In this document: one piece after another, positions 1 through 10,816 of the stretch | How the letters are laid out: each line of letters begins with the position of its first letter | Numbering within the stretch: the first letter of the stretch is position 1 | DNA from: an uncultured Bacteroidaceae bacterium | Lineage (GTDB): Bacteria; Bacteroidota; Bacteroidia; Bacteroidales; SM23-62 | NCBI GenBank assembly: GCA_963777115.1 | Contig: CAVZPP010000002.1 | Coordinates: 1,355,834-1,419,833, forward strand | Direction: 5' to 3' | Length of the DNA stretch: 64,000 bases | Translations under genes and position numbers: made by a program | The notes under the pieces: model-generated | Database searches by the model: none | Told to the model about the DNA's origin: nothing | The model's input: only the letters and a program-made list of their open reading frames with translations

Positions 1-824
1 GGACCATCAAACCATGTTAGAGCCTGGGATAGTTTTGATGCTGCACTATCCCATAATACCGGATCATTATTGAGGTTGTAAGCGGGACTGGCAGCGAAGG
101 TGTAAACTATTCCCATAAGAGATTTTACAATTCCCTTGTTGGGAGAACCATAGTACTGAATACCAGTAACCAGATCATCCCCTTCGTATTGGTCAGGTAC
201 ATATTGTAAGGCAGAATCACAATCAATTATTATGGCTTCGACTGTTTCCAGGTATGTAGATCTTTGTATATCATAAGATTCCTGCAGACTAAGGTTTTTC
301 TTAACTACAGGTATGCCCAATACCTCTCCGCCTGATATACCCCCGTATCGTTTTAATAGTTTCCAGTGATAGTATGCCCTGAGGTAGAAAGCATCTCCCT
401 TGTATTTTCGGATAAATCTCTCATTTGTAAGGGAATCCGGATCATATTTAGTGCTCCCGATATTGTCCAGGAACCTATTGATATTGAAAATATTGCTGTA
501 ATCAACCTCCCATGTATCCAGATAACTCAGATTATAATAGGGAGATTGTAGTCCCTGTGCAAAATTACCGGGACTGCTTGACAGATTACTGGATACAGCA
601 TCATCCGTAAGGACGGCCATTAATTCATTGCTCTGGACTCTCCATGATCCCGGATGCAAATCCTGAAATGCCTGCATCAATACACCCTCTGCATAGGACG
701 GTGTATTCCAGACGTACTCCTCATCAACCGTTTCTTCAAAGGGATGGGGTTCCAGAAAATCAACACAGGAATCGAATGCTATCACCCCAAGAAACAAAAT
801 CAATATTTGGACAATTCTTTTCAT
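1..824 (-). CDS. SusD/RagB-family outer-membrane lipoprotein (N-terminal part; the C-terminus runs off the window)
   Basis: Absent from the supplied ORF track because it has no stop in the window. My own minus-strand translation from the ATG at 822-824 gives MKRIVQILILFLGVIAFDSCVDFLEP...GDAFYLRAYYHWKLLKRYGG.... It has a lipoprotein signal with Cys and a SusD-like helical N-terminal region. It starts 13 nt after the reconstructed end of the upstream SusC-like gene. Confidence 0.75.
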   Translation of the reverse strand, partial: MKRIVQILILFLGVIAFDSCVDFLEPHPFEETVDEEYVWNTPSYAEGVLMQAFQDLHPGSWRVQSNELMAVLTDDAVSSNLSSSPGNFAQGLQSPYYNLSYLDTWEVDYSNIFNINRFLDNIGSTKYDPDSLTNERFIRKYKGDAFYLRAYYHWKLLKRYGGISGGEVLGIPVVKKNLSLQESYDIQRSTYLETVEAIIIDCDSALQYVPDQYEGDDLVTGIQYYGSPNKGIVKSLMGIVYTFAASPAYNLNNDPVLWDSAASKLSQALTWFDG

Positions 825-837
825 GTATTATTTCTTC

Positions 838-3595
838 TTATAATGATAAGGATATTCCTATGACAAACGATCGCATAGAAGGATATGAACTCACCCCGAA
901 ATTAATATTACCCGGGTTAAGTCCCTCTACCTTCGAGAAAGTAAACAGGTTTGAGGCCCTTACGAATAAAGAGATATCTGCCTGTGTGAAATCATAATAC
1001 GATCTCTGCACTCTTAATACTAAAATAGCTTCCGTCAACCAACCAGTAAGAAGAATTTCGGTTGTCATTATCACTGTTGCCTGTAGTCAATCTTGGGTGT
1101 TTGGCCAGTGGATCCGGATTACCAGGGGTCCATCTGTTATCCTGAATGAATCCGGAATATTTATTGCTTCCATAAGCATAATAATATGGATTATTACGGG
1201 TATTGATATCATAATCAGCAAGCCCGTAACCCATTAGATAGAATCCGATATTCCTGTACCTCAGATTTATATTGATTCCGTAATTGAACCTGGGACTTGA
1301 ATGTCCGATCATTTGTTCATCGATGGTACCCTGGACTACTCCATCCTGGTTAAGGTCCTTATACTTGATGTTTCCGGGGTAAACGAGTCCAAAGCTTTGC
1401 TGGGGAGGATTCTGGATATCGTTTTCGGATAACAAACCATCAGCAACCAGTCCATAAATAGCATCCCCGGGATTGCCCTCTCTTTTCATCCATTCATAAG
1501 GATAATCCAGGTCGTTGGACTTGATAACTTCAGATTTATTATATCCTGAGTTAAGTCCAACGGAATAGGTAAAATCCCTGTCTGAAGAACTCCTGTATTC
1601 AATTGCAATATCAAATCCGGAATACCTGTTGGATCCAATATTCTCCTGGTACTCCTGCGTTCCAATAATAGATGGTATGGGTGACATCAGGATAATACCC
1701 TCCCGGGTAATGGTATAATAATCCAGGCTGACTGCAAGCTTGTTATTAAGCATGCGGGAATCCAATCCCAGGTTTAATTCCTTTTGTACAGCCCAGTCAA
1801 TATTCTCATTTCCATATTGAAGAAGTAGCGTTCCACGGCGATTTGCCCGGGATGATTCTGTTCTGTTATTAAACACGGTCCAGGGCCCTTCGCCCCAGAA
1901 AGTCTGGTACAGAAATGCATTGTCTGAATTGTAATATCCCATGGTTCCGTATGAGGCTCTCAATTTCAGGAAGTCCACCATCTTACTGTCGCTCAGAAAT
2001 GCCTCTTCACTCAGAACCCAACCTGCCCCGATCGTTGGGAACAACCTGAATCGTTTATCTGCAGGCAGATTCATCAATCCGGAATAACTCATTATAAAAT
2101 CAAGCTGATAACGATTGGCAAACGAATAAAAGAGGCTGAGACTCAGGTCCTGCTTCTTATAATCCTGGCTTCGGGTATCCTTCCAATAATAACTCCGGTT
2201 ATTAATGCTGTTAACCAGTCCCGTTTCAATCCTGTTCCTGCCAATTTGTTTTTTATAACCCAGTTTGATGACATTGAAAAACTGATTCTGATAGTTTCTC
2301 TGGTTTTGCGAGATTCCTGCACTCGGATTATTGAGCCCATATTGTTTCAGGCTGTCCGGGATTACATTATCTCCATAAAAAATCGGTTCGAATTGAGCAT
2401 AGGTAAGATCAGGCCTTTCTATGAATCCGGCAATGGTGTTGATATCATAGGCCAGTTTGATACTTGCGTTGAGTCCCTCAACCCAGGTTGAAAAATCAAA
2501 ATCCAGTCCCACATCAAACCTTCCGCTCATATCATACTCGGTGGTTTTCAAATGATTGGTAAGGTCACCTACCGGGTTTACCCGGTAATTTTCACTGGTC
2601 CCGAATGTATCTGCGGCTATTAAAACAGGATATGCATTGGAGGGGTAAGTTCCCAATACCGGCCATACCTGGTCTTCCGGGTTGGGAGATTTAAGGATAT
2701 CCAGGTTACCAAAGACACCGGCGTTCAAACTCAGGAATTCTGAAATTTTAACATCAAGGTTCGACCTTAATCCAATCATGTCTGCACTTAGAGAATTTAT
2801 TTTATACAGACGATTTCCTTCTCCCTGGTAATTCATGTTGATGAAATATTGCACTTTCTCCGTTCCTCCCCCATGTCTCAGGTTTACCCTTCTGTAAGCC
2901 ATATTCTTATTAAATACCTGCTCATAGATATCTTCATCGGGATAGCGAAGAGGACCCTCACCGCTTTGATAATATGAGAGGGCATCTCCAGAATAATATG
3001 CCGAAAGTCCATCGTTCAGGCTTGCCTCATTATAGAGGCTGGCATAATTGTAGGAATTAAGCCAATCTGGCAAAAACTTCTTATTAACGCTGCTAATCCC
3101 GTATTCAAGATCAAAATCAATATAACTCTCCCCTTCATTTCCTCTTTTAGTCTGAATATACACAATCCCATTTCTCGCTTCAGTACCGAACATAGCTGTT
3201 GAAGACAGTCCCCTTAATACATTCACTGATTCAATTTCAAATGCGGATACTTCTGATAGTGGTCTGGGTACCCCGTCTACCAGTACCAGGTAATTTGAAC
3301 CCCTGATTTCCATACTCATCTTATCTGATCCCGGTCTGCTTGACATCCATTGAAACTCTCCATTAGGAATCCAGCCGCATAAAGCTTCCTCCAGGTCAAA
3401 GGAGGGTGTTTTTTCAAGTGTCGCACCTTTAATAATGGTCACAGGTGCTGTTGTGGAAGAAGTTGAAGAGTTGTAAGATGGGATAAGAAAAGAATCAATC
3501 CAGCTGGAATCGGACTGAGCAGATGCGCCAATAATAAACCCTGTTAATCCTGATAATAGGACAATTCTTCTCAGGTATTTGTTAGCGATCTTCAT
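838..3595 (-). pseudogene. SusC-like TonB-dependent outer-membrane receptor, reading frame broken near the 3' end
   Basis: ORF 992..3595 (867 aa) has plug motifs (MEIRGSNYLVLVDGVP, IESVNVLRGLSSTAMFG, NGIVYIQTKRG) and a long barrel, and it stops at ...SIKSAEIVL*. The expected conserved C-terminus (YYDFTQADISLFVRASNLFTFSKVEGLNPG...SFVIGISLSL) continues in ORF 838..1074 in a different frame. There is no CarboxypepD_reg-type N-terminal extension. Confidence 0.8.
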
Positions 3596-3624
3596 TTAGG
3601 TTTATTTCTATTCAACATTAATTA

Positions 3625-5550
3625 TTAATATCCCGGATTCTGCCTGAATTCCGGAGCTTTTTGTATATCATCTTTGCTGACCGGCAGGAAATAGTGTTTC
3701 AGCTTATAGGTCCGGCGATAAAGGACATTATTTAAAACATAGGGTTGAGTTTCATATTTATATCCAGTCGGATAATTTACCAGGTCATCCGATTCAGTAA
3801 TGTACATAATGCTTGGAGAGTCCTGGTACTCCTTGGTTTCAATGAGTCTCCACCTTCGGACGTCCATGTACCTGTGAATCCATTCAAAGCATAACTCGAC
3901 GGATCTTTCATTAAGAATTCTTTCATGAAGCTCATCCTTGCTTCCTGTATAGCGGGCATCTACATTCGGCATTCCAACCCTGTTTCTGATTACATTAAGG
4001 GCCTCAAGTGAAGTCAGGTTTGCACCCGGAGCTGATCCGGAGGGACCGTAGGCCTGGTTGGCTGCCTCAGCGTAATTGAGATACAATTCAGCCATTCTCA
4101 TCAGGATCCATGTCCAGGGTTCCCTGATCTGATACAATACTTCAGATTCTCCAAGCCAGTACTTGCGGGTATAATAGCTGGTACGGTTTACAGGGAAAGG
4201 AGAATTTTTGTCAAAATCATCGTTGAAATACCCTGGTTGAATGCTTTCACGGGAAAAATTCCAGGTTGTATCACCGCCCCCGGCACCATACCCTGGTTTG
4301 AGACTTCCATGATAGATAATATTATAGCTGAATCTCGGATCCCTGTTAATAAATGGATTCTGGTCATTATACAATCCTTCTGATCTTGCCTCTTCTATCG
4401 GGAGTGCCTTTGTAATATTTCCGCTTCCATCCTTTTCGACCACTTCAAACCGGTCGACCATTTCCTGGCAAACATCCACTCCCCTGTTTTTGTCATAATA
4501 AGCACCGACGAGGATTCCCGGAAAAAACATACTCGTCAGTTCCCTGTCATTGATATAAAATCCACTGGATCTGGAAATCCTGGTAATGGTATGCAAATAT
4601 TCACGGCCGGCCCATTCTCCCCTGAAGATTTTTTTATAGCTTACACTGTCTCCCGGAAGCAGCTCATAACCCTTGGCCTCAGCAAATTCTATGGCTTCCC
4701 AGCTTGCCTCGGCAGCCTTTTCCCATCTTTCCTGTGGGTTGTTTTCAACCTCATATCCCATACTTCCATCCGCAAAATAGCTCAGGGGAGAAGCATCGTA
4801 TAGCAGGACCCTGGCTTTAAGTCCCTTTGCAGCTGCGGAAGTATATCTTCCGTAATCTTCGGTTGCATAAGGATCGATTCCCGGTATCTCCCAGCTTGCA
4901 GGCAGGTATTTGATTGCGGAATCAAGATCAGATACAATGTTTTGAACAGTTTCATGGTAGGACAAGCGTGTAAAATCGGGTTTATCTTCAGCTGATATGG
5001 GTTCTTTGAAATAGGGCATTCCCCCGTGCATAGACAATAAGTAATAATAGGTAAATGCCCTTCCATAATAACCCTGTCCAACGAGCTCATTGATTTGTTG
5101 TGTGCTGCCATCCTTAATATTGGGAGCTTTCTTAATAATATTGGATGCTGCCCTTATGGCATCCCATGTGGAAACCCAGAATGGCCAGCGGTTATGATCC
5201 AGTCTTGTCGGATGGCAGAATCTTTCATTAAACTGATCCACATCAAACCACCATTCCTCACCCATTCGAGGAGCCCCATCTCTTGATCCGGGATGAAGAT
5301 ATTCATCACAGGCAGCCATGGGGTACATGGACCACCACCCTACATGTGCATAATTCTGGTCCGGCGAATAAGCAAAAATGTAGATTTTGGCATAAACCTG
5401 GTTAAGATATTTTTTGGTTTCCAGGTAAGAGGTGAAAATGTCCTCTTCTGATATTTCAGTGGTATCGCGTGGCACATCCAGATATTCCTCGCAGGAAACC
5501 ATGAGAAGTCCAAGTAGAACAAACAATAATATATTGGATTTAACTCTCAT
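3625..5550 (-). CDS. SusD/RagB-family nutrient-binding lipoprotein
   Basis: 641 aa. It has a signal peptide plus lipobox Cys (LLMVSCEEYLD) and SusD-like segments (LMRMAELYLNYAEAANQ, NERSVELCFEWIHRYMDVRRW). It begins 7 nt downstream of the SusC gene 5558..8743. Confidence 0.85.
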   Translation of the reverse strand: MRVKSNILLFVLLGLLMVSCEEYLDVPRDTTEISEEDIFTSYLETKKYLNQVYAKIYIFAYSPDQNYAHVGWWSMYPMAACDEYLHPGSRDGAPRMGEEWWFDVDQFNERFCHPTRLDHNRWPFWVSTWDAIRAASNIIKKAPNIKDGSTQQINELVGQGYYGRAFTYYYLLSMHGGMPYFKEPISAEDKPDFTRLSYHETVQNIVSDLDSAIKYLPASWEIPGIDPYATEDYGRYTSAAAKGLKARVLLYDASPLSYFADGSMGYEVENNPQERWEKAAEASWEAIEFAEAKGYELLPGDSVSYKKIFRGEWAGREYLHTITRISRSSGFYINDRELTSMFFPGILVGAYYDKNRGVDVCQEMVDRFEVVEKDGSGNITKALPIEEARSEGLYNDQNPFINRDPRFSYNIIYHGSLKPGYGAGGGDTTWNFSRESIQPGYFNDDFDKNSPFPVNRTSYYTRKYWLGESEVLYQIREPWTWILMRMAELYLNYAEAANQAYGPSGSAPGANLTSLEALNVIRNRVGMPNVDARYTGSKDELHERILNERSVELCFEWIHRYMDVRRWRLIETKEYQDSPSIMYITESDDLVNYPTGYKYETQPYVLNNVLYRRTYKLKHYFLPVSKDDIQKAPEFRQNPGY

Positions 5551-5557
5551 TATGTGA

Positions 5558-8500
5558 CTAGTTAAAAGCTATTTTAATACCCATATTATATCTTCTCAGT
5601 AATGGATAGGACCCGTCAGCTCCCGGCCTGATCTGTGCTTTTTCGGGGTCGCCAAAATATGTATTAGGCGAGTAAGTAAACAGGTTATTGGTATTGATAA
5701 ATATCTTCAGGTTCTTAAGATGTTGTTTTCGGGGCATTTTAAAATCATAGGATAATTCCAGTTCCTTAATTCTCAGGAAGGAGGAAACAGGTCTGGCATA
5801 TACCGGGTTTAATAAATTATAGGTTCCGTATGCACCGGTATGGGGAGCGGGGAAGAATGCATTTGGATTGCTGCTGGAATAGTAATCCGTTTCATGTGCA
5901 TACAATACAGGGAATGGGGTTGTGAAAGGCATCATTAATTCATCCTCAAGGATTGATGTTTTCTTCAATTGTCCCATTAAAAGCATTCTGAAGCTCAGTC
6001 CTTTATAGCGAAATAATCCTGAGAATGAGAAATGACTTAGTGGATAAGAAGGATAAAGATCAGCCGCGGCATCATTGCCGTCAACAATGCCATCTCCATT
6101 ATAGTCTATGTATTTTTCATCCCCGGTACCATAAAAATACAACACTGGATAACCATCGGAACCTATGGCAGATGCATTGGTCCCGGGCTGTGTGTAATTG
6201 TTTATATCATCCACGGAAGTATATCTACCATCTGATAGCATAACACGGGGTTGTCCGATCGGGTATCCTGCCGATCTTTGATGAAGAGGTAAACCGGGAG
6301 GATCATCCCGGAAAACAACACGATTTTCTGAAAAGCTGTATTTCGCATTAAGATTAATATGGAAATCCGATCCGTATGTATCGATATATGAGGCTTCAAT
6401 CTCAAATCCATGGCTTTTTGTGATTCCCATGTTCAGCTCTTTGAATTCCAGCGCTGCCAATTCAGGTACAGTATTAGGAGTCTGAAGGATATTATCCCTA
6501 TCCTCCTTAAATAAATCAACACTCAGACTTACCTTTTTAAAGACTCCAAGTTCAATCCCAATGTTCTGCTTCACGGCCGTTTCCCATTGAGCCAGGGTGT
6601 TTGCCACCGGTCCTTCTATGTACCCTGTATTGGTAGAATACCAGGCTCCGTAAGCTCCCAGACCATTTCCGGCTGCAATGGAGCTTCCAAAGGTTCCTTC
6701 GGAGTAATTCTGGTAATATAACCAGCGGCTTACATTATCAACTCCCACCTTCCCATAGGAGTAACGAATCTTCAGCCTGTTAATAAATGTGAGATTATCT
6801 TTTATATAGGATTCTTCTGCAATATTCCATCCGACGGCAAAGGCCGGAAAGAATCCAAATCTATTACCGGGAGCAAATGACTCTGACCCGTTATATCCAA
6901 GATTTGTTTCAAAAAGATATTTTAGCTTATAGGCATAGGTCAGACGCCCTGACCACGCTTCTTCCTTGTAGGGTTCCTGTGTGTTTCTGTTTACCTGTTT
7001 ACGCCTGAAAATTCCCAGGGCAGTTAAGTAGTGATCGCTTGCAAATGTCCGGTTATAATTGGCCTGTACATCATAATACAGGTTTCTTATATAGAAGTTC
7101 TGTGATTCTTCGGTAAAGGCAAGATTTGGAAGGTCCTCGTGATAATCCGGACGACGCTGCCAGAGATACGATTCATCATCATAGATAGTCAGGCGATACC
7201 TGGGAGCAATTTCATTGCCTGATCCTTCCCCAATATAACGATGGTATTCACTGTTTGTTCCGTAGGAAATGGATGCCTGTGCTGACAATCCTTTGGTTAT
7301 ACTGCTCAGATCCTGTTTAAGTACCAGGTCGCTGTTCAATATGAACTGGTCCTGGTTTTCGAACCCGACGGTATAAAGCATGGAGTAAGGATTGTCATGT
7401 AGATGCCCGTTATTGAAGAAGGGATACCTGACGCCATTGGCATCCGGTTCATTAGGATCAGGATATTCTTCAAGCACAGAGGGAGGATAATAAAGGGGAG
7501 ATGAATTAACAGCAGAAGTATAAATGCCTACCCAGACCAGCGAATGACCTCCCCTGTTCATTTCAGAAGGACGGTTCCGGTTCTGGACACTTCCTGAAAT
7601 ATTGGTTGAGAGGGTTGTGGATTTCGTTAATTTAAAATCCAGATTGGAACGCATATTATACCGGTTATAATAGTTCCTGGGATCAAAATCTCCCTGTTTC
7701 TCTACATTAATAATATCACCATCATGAAGATATCCAAGTGAGACAAAATAATTGACTTTTTCTGTACCTCCCGTCACGCTTAAGTTCAAATTATCCGTAT
7801 GACCGATCTTAAACATCTCATCTATCCAGTTCACTGAAGGATAAGATATTGGATCATCCTGTGTCCGGTAGTGATTTATAGCATCTTGAGAATAGAGAAG
7901 GTCCCATAGATTATCATTCCTGAGAGCATCATTATAGGCAGGAATAGTAGTGGAGGCATCCAGCATGCTCATTTGATCCGAAATCTGTTTGAATCCATGG
8001 GAATAAGAAAAACTGAATTCCGGTTTTCCTTCCAGTCCCCTTTTCGTAGTAATAAGTATAACTCCATTCCCCCCCTTGGCACCATATACAGCTGTTGCTG
8101 AGGCATCCTTCAGAACGGTAATAGACTTTATTGCGTTTGGATCAATTTCCGACCAGCTTGATCTTTCAATGCCGTCAACCATAACCAGAGGATCCGTATT
8201 ATTCCAGGTTGCTGCACCCCGGATAAATATTTTAGGTTCCTCCTCACCGGGTTTGCCATCGGTCTGAAGCGTGACAACACCTGATAATTTTCCCGCAATA
8301 GCGGTAGAAACATTATTTGTACCCGAGGAAACCAGAACATCCCCTTCTACCTGGCTTATTGCCCCAACCACACTTTCTTTTTTTTGGGTTCCGTAACCCA
8401 CCACTAGTACTTCGTCCAGATTTATCCCTGAGGATAAGGATACATTAATAATAGTTCTCGTCCCGACCTGTTTTTCAAGGGACTCATACCCAATAAAGGA

Positions 8501-8743
8501 AAATACAAGGGTGGCAGAAGATTCAGCAACCGATATTGTGAAATTGCCATCAATATCTGTGACAGTACCGTTCAGGGTTCCTCTCTCTAGGACATTTGCC
8601 CCTGGGAGAGAAACACCGGACTCAGCATCGCTTACAGATCCGGAAACAACTATCTGCCCCATACTTAATTGGTGACCGAGGAGTCCCAGCATTATCGCAA
8701 TGAAGATCTTCAAAAGACCGGACTTAAAAAGGTTCAGGTTCAT
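5558..8743 (-). CDS. SusC-type TonB-dependent receptor with N-terminal carboxypeptidase-regulatory-like domain
   Basis: 1061 aa. Motifs seen are VVSGSVSDAESGVSLPGANV...GNFTISV (CarboxypepD_reg), VVGYGTQKKESVVGAIS (SusC TonB-box region) and the plug ITVLKDASATAVYGAKGGNGVILITTKRG. A long barrel ends in an aromatic residue (...GIKIAFN). Confidence 0.9.
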   Translation of the reverse strand: MNLNLFKSGLLKIFIAIMLGLLGHQLSMGQIVVSGSVSDAESGVSLPGANVLERGTLNGTVTDIDGNFTISVAESSATLVFSFIGYESLEKQVGTRTIINVSLSSGINLDEVLVVGYGTQKKESVVGAISQVEGDVLVSSGTNNVSTAIAGKLSGVVTLQTDGKPGEEEPKIFIRGAATWNNTDPLVMVDGIERSSWSEIDPNAIKSITVLKDASATAVYGAKGGNGVILITTKRGLEGKPEFSFSYSHGFKQISDQMSMLDASTTIPAYNDALRNDNLWDLLYSQDAINHYRTQDDPISYPSVNWIDEMFKIGHTDNLNLSVTGGTEKVNYFVSLGYLHDGDIINVEKQGDFDPRNYYNRYNMRSNLDFKLTKSTTLSTNISGSVQNRNRPSEMNRGGHSLVWVGIYTSAVNSSPLYYPPSVLEEYPDPNEPDANGVRYPFFNNGHLHDNPYSMLYTVGFENQDQFILNSDLVLKQDLSSITKGLSAQASISYGTNSEYHRYIGEGSGNEIAPRYRLTIYDDESYLWQRRPDYHEDLPNLAFTEESQNFYIRNLYYDVQANYNRTFASDHYLTALGIFRRKQVNRNTQEPYKEEAWSGRLTYAYKLKYLFETNLGYNGSESFAPGNRFGFFPAFAVGWNIAEESYIKDNLTFINRLKIRYSYGKVGVDNVSRWLYYQNYSEGTFGSSIAAGNGLGAYGAWYSTNTGYIEGPVANTLAQWETAVKQNIGIELGVFKKVSLSVDLFKEDRDNILQTPNTVPELAALEFKELNMGITKSHGFEIEASYIDTYGSDFHINLNAKYSFSENRVVFRDDPPGLPLHQRSAGYPIGQPRVMLSDGRYTSVDDINNYTQPGTNASAIGSDGYPVLYFYGTGDEKYIDYNGDGIVDGNDAAADLYPSYPLSHFSFSGLFRYKGLSFRMLLMGQLKKTSILEDELMMPFTTPFPVLYAHETDYYSSSNPNAFFPAPHTGAYGTYNLLNPVYARPVSSFLRIKELELSYDFKMPRKQHLKNLKIFINTNNLFTYSPNTYFGDPEKAQIRPGADGSYPLLRRYNMGIKIAFN

Positions 8744-8807
8744 TGGTCTTGGGAATATTTCAGAGTATGATCAATCTTAAGAGTCATAAGTTATGAGTTT
8801 TTTCCTT

Positions 8808-10727
8808 TCATTCGTCCAGCCATTCATTGTTTTTTGTTATAAATCCTGGCATACTGTGATTGTCCATATTGATATCCTTCTCAATGAAATCCTTAATCTT
8901 ATTCCCGGAGAATTCAGTATAATTGACTTTGGTGATCCGGATCATAGGATTATCCCCGAACAATGGTGGATAGGTGCCGGACTTTGAAATTGTATTATTG
9001 CGGATAATGAGGCTGTCGATCCCCTCCGGATTCATGAGTAAAGGATCAAAGGTCCTGAACTCATTATCCTCGACAATTATCTTTTTAAACAGAAAAGGAT
9101 CATTTGATTTTTCTGCATGAAAATCAATAACTGCCCTCTCCCTGCCAGAGTAAACATTATCGGCAAAATAATTATTTCGTATGATTAATTCTCCTGCAAA
9201 ACCAGATTCATACCAGTATCCCCCAAATCCTCCATGGACGGAAATGGCCTGGTCCATTGAACTGAAATAATTGCCTTCGAGGAGGCTATTTTCCGGAGTA
9301 CTGATAAGAAAGCCCCTTGCCCTGTTATTTCTGACAGTATTATTTACCAGCTCCACCTCCGGATACCAGTCCAGGTTGTCCAGAAGGTCTCCTGCTTTCA
9401 CATCAGGATCAATTTCTTCGTCAAATTGTATAATATAATAGACCTTGTTAATTTTCTCAAGCGAAGCAACTTTTGATTCATAATATGGGTGCAGGGACCC
9501 GCCTGTTTCCACGAATCCGACCCTGTCACCGGGGGTTGCAAATTCAAATCCCAGTTGCTGAAAATGCCCCATTTTAATTCCCAGGGTATACTTATCTATT
9601 ATATCTTCAACAATGGCATACACTCCGTGAATATTTGTACCATCGTCCAGCATGTTCTCAAATAAGCAGTTCGACATGCGTACAAGTCCCTTGCAATTAT
9701 TAAAATGAGTAGCATCTGCAGTAGTTGTCAGCATCCTGCCGCTGCCCGGCTTAAGCATTACATTGAACTGATCCAGCGTAATGTTTTCGCTGCGTTCAGC
9801 TACAAGTCCCATTCCCCCGGCATGATGCAGCGACACATTCTGGATTAAAATATCCCGGCTGCTGTGTATATGAATTCCAGGGGCAAAACGATTGTAGGCG
9901 TTTCTTCCCTTGGCGACAATAATATTGCCCGGTTTTGGTAATCCTTTCCGATGCCCGGAGATTCTGATTAAGCCCGGTTCCAGTTCTTCTGCCAGAAGGC
10001 TGTTTTGCTCACCCCGGTATGTAAATCTCTGTCCCTTCTCCGGTTTATAGAAATAATCAATAACATCCAGGTTCCTGACTGTGGAAGGTTTCCTGAGCGT
10101 TAAAGGTGTGGAAGCCCAGGTATTATATGCAATGGCCATGGATTCAGGATCCCAGCATATAGCCCTCTCCAGGTTATGTTCATATCCTTCCTTTAGAAAG
10201 ATCAGTTCTCCGTTCCTGATTTCATAGGGATTTTTCCGGTCGACTGCAATATCAAATGTATGATTTGACTCATCCACGGCAAGAACCTTTACTTCACTGT
10301 GCAGGGGGATCTCCCAGTCAATGGAGAATCCGCTGAGTTTAATATCGCTCGAGTTTTCAATAATAAACGGCAGAATAATACCGTGAAAAATAAACTCTGC
10401 GCTGTCAGCCTCGATTTCCAAACCTTCAAACCCTAAAATGGGGAATGGAGTACTCCGTAAACCATCGTCGTGGTTGGTAACATAACAGAATTTCTCGAAA
10501 GCTTTTTCAGGGTAAAAATGGTAGATCCCGCGTTCGATGATTATTTTGGAGTTGGACTGCTTTCCGGCAGCTTTAAGCATTTCAAGTGCAGCAGGTGTGC
10601 AATCATGAGATTCCCCAAATCCGAAATCTTTTGAACGCAAAATCTGATTGCTCCCGGATTGGGTGCAGCTGCTAAAATATAAAATTACAGCCAGTAGCAG
10701 GAGCCACCGAGGGTTTAGTTTGTGCAT
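8808..10727 (-). CDS. Right-handed beta-helix glycoside hydrolase, GH110-like (alpha-1,3-galactosidase-like) lipoprotein
   Basis: 639 aa with a signal peptide plus Cys (YFSSCTQ). Parallel beta-helix repeats are present (NVSLHHAGGMGLVAERSENITL, TTTADATHFNNCKG, LFENMLDDGTNIHG, VRNNRARGFLIS). Length and motifs resemble GH110 enzymes as I remember them. The family assignment was not verified by a search. Confidence 0.55.
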   Translation of the reverse strand: MHKLNPRWLLLLAVILYFSSCTQSGSNQILRSKDFGFGESHDCTPAALEMLKAAGKQSNSKIIIERGIYHFYPEKAFEKFCYVTNHDDGLRSTPFPILGFEGLEIEADSAEFIFHGIILPFIIENSSDIKLSGFSIDWEIPLHSEVKVLAVDESNHTFDIAVDRKNPYEIRNGELIFLKEGYEHNLERAICWDPESMAIAYNTWASTPLTLRKPSTVRNLDVIDYFYKPEKGQRFTYRGEQNSLLAEELEPGLIRISGHRKGLPKPGNIIVAKGRNAYNRFAPGIHIHSSRDILIQNVSLHHAGGMGLVAERSENITLDQFNVMLKPGSGRMLTTTADATHFNNCKGLVRMSNCLFENMLDDGTNIHGVYAIVEDIIDKYTLGIKMGHFQQLGFEFATPGDRVGFVETGGSLHPYYESKVASLEKINKVYYIIQFDEEIDPDVKAGDLLDNLDWYPEVELVNNTVRNNRARGFLISTPENSLLEGNYFSSMDQAISVHGGFGGYWYESGFAGELIIRNNYFADNVYSGRERAVIDFHAEKSNDPFLFKKIIVEDNEFRTFDPLLMNPEGIDSLIIRNNTISKSGTYPPLFGDNPMIRITKVNYTEFSGNKIKDFIEKDINMDNHSMPGFITKNNEWLDE

Positions 10728-10816
10728 AGCTTATAGTAATCAGGTGCAACAAATCTAAAGAAAGACGGGATGGGGAATGTTCTGTATCGTAATTTTCTTG
10801 TTCGGAATCGTAAGAA

